Part shown: in pieces, positions 60,257 through 64,000 of the stretch
Numbering within the stretch: position 1 is the first letter of the stretch
Layout: the number at the start of each line of letters is the position of its first letter
Position numbers and translations under genes: made by a program
Sequence record: DRR723986_3008
Reading direction: 5' to 3' (one strand)
Length of the DNA stretch: 64,000 nt
The notes under the pieces: model-generated
Seen by the model: the letters and a program-made list of their open reading frames with translations, nothing else
Databases searched by the model: none
What the model was told of the DNA's origin: nothing

Positions 60257-60979
60257 ATGGACTATTTAATAGGTCAATGCATGGCAGCTATTGAAGGCAA
60301 CGGCGGCATTTTAATGTCGTTGTTTCTTGCTGGTTTGATGGGCAGTATCCATCATTGTACCGGCATGTGTGGGCCTTTTGTGGTTGCGCAAATAAAGAAC
60401 CCCGCTGCAACCGGTTTTGACCGTTTGCGCGGTGGTGCTTTGCTGCCATACCATATGGGACGCATCAGCACCTATATGATGTTTGGAGCGGTTGGTGCAG
60501 GTCTTTCAAACTTAATTGTTGGAACCCCGGTTCAGCGCGGCATTGCTGTGGCACTTTTGACAATTGCCGGGTTCTTATTTCTGGCAAGCGCCCTACCACA
60601 AATTAAGACATTGATAATGCCGCCCCAATTCAGTCGGTTGGCTGGTAAAGCGGGTAAATATATTGGCGTCGCTGCGAAACCCTTTTCCCATAACAGGGGA
60701 GCATCACACCAATATTTATTGGGTGTGATGCTTGGGTTTTTACCCTGTACGCTCGTAATGGCTGCTGTCATGGCTGTTGCAGCTACAGGAAAACCTGCCA
60801 CCGCTATGCTTGGCATGATGTTGTTCGGGTTAGGAACCATTCCAGCCCTGTTCTTGGTTGGCACAGGCGCCCAAGCGGCACTGAAGCGCTGGCCGGGGAA
60901 TATGCAAAAAATAACAACCGGAATGATGGCGATAAACGGCGCTGGCTTGATTATTCTTGCTGGCGGCATGGTCTTTTGA
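60257..60979 (+). CDS. DsbD_2/TauE-SafE-like membrane protein (cbb3 assembly associated)
   Basis: [27 protein letters not shown]; start TTG 60251 or ATG 60257. Confidence 0.85.
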   Translation: MDYLIGQCMAAIEGNGGILMSLFLAGLMGSIHHCTGMCGPFVVAQIKNPAATGFDRLRGGALLPYHMGRISTYMMFGAVGAGLSNLIVGTPVQRGIAVALLTIAGFLFLASALPQIKTLIMPPQFSRLAGKAGKYIGVAAKPFSHNRGASHQYLLGVMLGFLPCTLVMAAVMAVAATGKPATAMLGMMLFGLGTIPALFLVGTGAQAALKRWPGNMQKITTGMMAINGAGLIILAGGMVF

Positions 60980-60989
60980 GGAAAAGAGA

Positions 60990-62489
60990 ATGAACACACT
61001 CAACGAAAAACCGACATATAATGACGAGATCGTAAAGCTCTTCACAATTGCCACCATATTTTGGGGTGTTGTTGGCTTTGCAGTCGGCGTTTTTATTGCG
61101 CTTCAACTAGCCTTTCCCGTGCTAAATTTAGGAGAATATCTCTCCTTTGGTCGCTTGCGGCCTTTGCACACATCAGCAGTTGTTTTTGCCTTTGGCGGTA
61201 ACGCGCTGTTTGCTACCAGTTATTTCGCAGTTCAACGAACATGCCGAACACGGCTTTGGGGCGACGGTTGGTCCAAATTTACTTTCTGGGGCTATCAGCT
61301 ATTTATTGTGATGGCGGCTATTGGTTACGTAACAGGCGTAACCCAAGCCAAAGAATATGCCGAACCGGAATGGTATGCGGACCTTTGGCTGACAATCGTT
61401 TGGGTGGTTTATCTAATCGTATTTTTAATGACGCTGAGGAACCGTAAAGAGCCGCATATATATGTGGCCAACTGGTTTTTCCTTGGATTCATCGTAACGG
61501 TTGCGGTGTTGCACCTGGTTCAAAATATCTCGATCCCGGTATCAATCTTTAGCACCAAAAGCTATCCGCTTTGGGGTGGTGTTCAGTCTGCCATGATCCA
61601 ATGGTGGTATGCCCACAATGCGGTTGGTTTCTTCCTGACAGCTGGTTTCTTGGGTATCATGTATTACTTTGTGCCGAAGCGCGCAGGCAGGCCCGTTTAT
61701 AGCTACCGCCTGTCAATATTGCACTTTTGGTCCTTGATATTCATGTACATCTGGGCAGGCCCACACCACCTGCATTACACTGCCTTGCCTGACTGGGCGC
61801 AAACACTGGGCATGACTTTCTCGATTATGCTGTGGATGCCTTCCTGGGGCGGTATGATTAACGGCATGATGACGCTGTCTGGTGCTTGGCACAAACTGCG
61901 GGAAGATCCGGTTCTCAAGTTCATGATTATTTCACTGTCCTTCTACGGCATGAGCACTTTTGAAGGACCTTTGATGTCTATTAAAGAAGTAAACGCCCTC
62001 AGCCACTATACTGACTGGACCATTGGGCATGTTCACTCTGGTGCCCTTGGCTGGGTGGCCTTCATTACCTTTGGCGCTGTCTATCATTTGGTGCCTGTGC
62101 TCTGGAAACGATCTGGCCTTTATTCCCTAAAGCTCGTGAATACACACTTGTGGATCGCGACAATTGGCATTGTGCTTTACATCGCCGCCATGTGGGTTAC
62201 CGGCATTATGGAAGGCCTGATGTGGCGCAGTTATGACGAGCTCGGCTTCCTTCGCTGGAGCTTTGTTGAAACAGTTCAGGCCAAACATATCCCGTATCTC
62301 ATTCGGGCCTTCGGCGGCATCTTGTTCCTCGTAGGGGCATTGATCATGGTTTATAATGTTGTCCGCACAATACGCGGCGACAGTGCGGGCGAAGCCGTTC
62401 AAGACCCTGTTCACAACCCAAACCTGAATGATGCCCAAAATAGTGGCCAGAATAGTGGCCAAAACAAAGGGGAGGCAGTTCATGCTTAA
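60990..62489 (+). CDS. ccoN: cbb3-type cytochrome c oxidase subunit I
   Basis: [37 protein letters not shown]. Confidence 0.98.
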   Translation: MNTLNEKPTYNDEIVKLFTIATIFWGVVGFAVGVFIALQLAFPVLNLGEYLSFGRLRPLHTSAVVFAFGGNALFATSYFAVQRTCRTRLWGDGWSKFTFWGYQLFIVMAAIGYVTGVTQAKEYAEPEWYADLWLTIVWVVYLIVFLMTLRNRKEPHIYVANWFFLGFIVTVAVLHLVQNISIPVSIFSTKSYPLWGGVQSAMIQWWYAHNAVGFFLTAGFLGIMYYFVPKRAGRPVYSYRLSILHFWSLIFMYIWAGPHHLHYTALPDWAQTLGMTFSIMLWMPSWGGMINGMMTLSGAWHKLREDPVLKFMIISLSFYGMSTFEGPLMSIKEVNALSHYTDWTIGHVHSGALGWVAFITFGAVYHLVPVLWKRSGLYSLKLVNTHLWIATIGIVLYIAAMWVTGIMEGLMWRSYDELGFLRWSFVETVQAKHIPYLIRAFGGILFLVGALIMVYNVVRTIRGDSAGEAVQDPVHNPNLNDAQNSGQNSGQNKGEAVHA

Positions 62490-63216
62490 TAAACACGCCG
62501 CTTTAGAGAAAAACTCTATCCTTATGCTGATTTTTGTGGTGATCACCATTTCAATTGGCGGGCTGGTTGAGATTGTGCCTTTGTTTCGTATGGAAACCAC
62601 GATTGAGCCTGTGGAAGGCATTAGGCCCTACACGCCGCTGGAGCTTGCCGGTCAGAATGTTTACCTTCGCGAAGGCTGCTACGGTTGCCATAGCCAACAG
62701 ATCCGAGCATTGCGCGACGAAGTTGAGCGCTATGGTCACTATTCTCTGGCTGCGGAAAGCATGTATGACCATCCGTTCCAGTGGGGCTCCAAGCGAACGG
62801 GCCCTGACTTAGCACGTGTTGGCGGCAAATATTCCGACGATTGGCATGTTGCCCACACAATTGACCCGCAGTCTTTGGTGCCAGAATCGATCATGCCGGG
62901 CTACGCCCATTTGGCACGGCGCGCTGCACCACTGGAGCATATTGCTGAAGATCTGCAAGCCCTTAAAATGGTCGGCGTTCCCTATACCGACGAGATGATT
63001 GAAAATGCCTATGCCGATGCTTTGGCACAGGCCACATCTGACGGCGACGGAATTGACGGTCTAATGGCCCGTTACTCCAAAGTTAATGCCCGAAATTTTG
63101 ACGGCGCAGCCGTAACCTCGGAGCTTGATGCCCTAATCGCGTATCTTCAGGTTTTGGGCACCATGGCGGAATTACAAGACTATAAGCATGACGGCAGCAA
63201 AAGGAGCGGACAATGA
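62482..63216 (+). CDS. ccoO: cbb3-type cytochrome c oxidase subunit II
   Basis: [36 protein letters not shown] before ATG 62482. Confidence 0.98.
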   Translation: MLNKHAALEKNSILMLIFVVITISIGGLVEIVPLFRMETTIEPVEGIRPYTPLELAGQNVYLREGCYGCHSQQIRALRDEVERYGHYSLAAESMYDHPFQWGSKRTGPDLARVGGKYSDDWHVAHTIDPQSLVPESIMPGYAHLARRAAPLEHIAEDLQALKMVGVPYTDEMIENAYADALAQATSDGDGIDGLMARYSKVNARNFDGAAVTSELDALIAYLQVLGTMAELQDYKHDGSKRSGQ

Positions 63217-63365
63217 TAGATTGGCTTTCCGACAATGCTGGCATGACCGGCCTCTTGTTCTTTTTCACAATATTCTGCGGCATCGTCTATTGGGCGTTTA
63301 GGCCAAGTCAGAAGAAAACCATTGAAGACCATAAATATATTCCTCTCAAAGGGGACGAGCAATGA
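63213..63365 (+). CDS. ccoQ: cbb3-type cytochrome c oxidase subunit IV (50 aa, not in the ORF track)
   Basis: Hand translation [54 protein letters not shown] overlaps at both ends. Confidence 0.9.
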   Translation: MIDWLSDNAGMTGLLFFFTIFCGIVYWAFRPSQKKTIEDHKYIPLKGDEQ

Positions 63366-64000
63366 GCAACATTGATAAAGACGAACACACCGGCATCGAG
63401 ACCACCGGACACGAATGGGACGGCATTAAAGAGCTGAATAACCCAGCGCCGCGCTGGTGGCTCGGCGTTTTCATCATTACAGTTATTTGGTCCATTGGTT
63501 ACTGGGTGGTATATCCTGCATGGCCAACCCTGTCCGGCGACGGCGAACGAGGCGGCACGACCGGTAACACCGGCTGGACGCAATATAGCCAGCTAGCGGA
63601 AAGCCAAGCAGAGATTATGGCACGCCGGGCTGCATACCTAGACCGATTTAACACATCAGACTTTGGCGAAATTCAAGCAGATTCAGGCCTGTATGCCTTC
63701 GCGATTGCGGGCGGTGCCTCGGCCTTTAAAGACAATTGCGCTACCTGCCACGGAACCGGCGGCGCAGGGGCCAGCGGTTACCCTAATCTAAATGATGATG
63801 ATTGGCTTTGGGGCGGCACAGTCAGTGCTATTGAAGAAACAATCAAATTTGGCATCCGGGCAAACCATGACGAAACCCGCTATTCAGAAATGCCTGCTTT
63901 TGCAGATATGCTGGGCGAAGGTGAGATTTCTGACGTTGCTGACTATGTTCTGAGTTTTAGTGCAGGGGGCAGTTTCCCTGAGCGCGGCCAGACCGTCTAC
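63362..64000 (+). CDS. ccoP: cbb3-type cytochrome c oxidase subunit III (3' truncated by the window)
   Basis: Hand translation TTGHEWDGIKELNNPAPRWW...DNCATCHG...GYPNLNDDDWLWGG. Confidence 0.97.
   Translation, partial: MSNIDKDEHTGIETTGHEWDGIKELNNPAPRWWLGVFIITVIWSIGYWVVYPAWPTLSGDGERGGTTGNTGWTQYSQLAESQAEIMARRAAYLDRFNTSDFGEIQADSGLYAFAIAGGASAFKDNCATCHGTGGAGASGYPNLNDDDWLWGGTVSAIEETIKFGIRANHDETRYSEMPAFADMLGEGEISDVADYVLSFSAGGSFPERGQTVY

Noticed and set aside
1-64000. CRISPR arrays, tRNA/rRNA, IS elements, prophage or integrase
   Set aside because: No regular repeat-spacer pattern, cloverleaf or recombinase/transposase motif seen by eye; tRNAscan/Infernal were not run.

Overview
Mostly core chromosome of an alphaproteobacterium (inferred from gene content and order; no finer taxonomy can be read from the sequence). 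In order it carries: atpH-atpA-atpG (atpG runs off the left edge), priA, transaldolase, purEK, a diguanylate cyclase, trcR/DUF1013, an IDO-family heme dioxygenase with a divergent Lrp regulator, hsp20 with an RpoH promoter and ROSE thermometer, rpmE and an MsbA-like exporter. It continues with tkt-gap-pgk-fba-thiE, a sulfite dehydrogenase module, efp-suhB and an orphan MotA/MotB-like pair. Next come zauP-zapA-6S RNA-5-FCL-ymdB, an RND/LytS-LytTR block, an M1 peptidase, pntA1A2B, a TacA-like sigma54 activator, murI and an FNR-box-preceded ccoNOQP operon (ccoP runs off the right edge). I saw no tRNA, rRNA, CRISPR array, integrase or transposase. The best candidate for an undescribed system is an AT-rich three-gene cassette at 51170-54572: an HMW1C/NGT-like GT41 protein glycosyltransferase, a PglD/NeuD-like sugar acyltransferase and a beta-keto-acid cleavage enzyme. 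A multi-hairpin candidate sRNA lies just upstream of it. Other notable items are a synonymously diverged relic of the purK 3' end bracketing an ASCH gene, a cytochrome c2/SorU-like diheme fusion and the orphan stator-like motor. All family calls come from motif recognition by eye; no database search was run.
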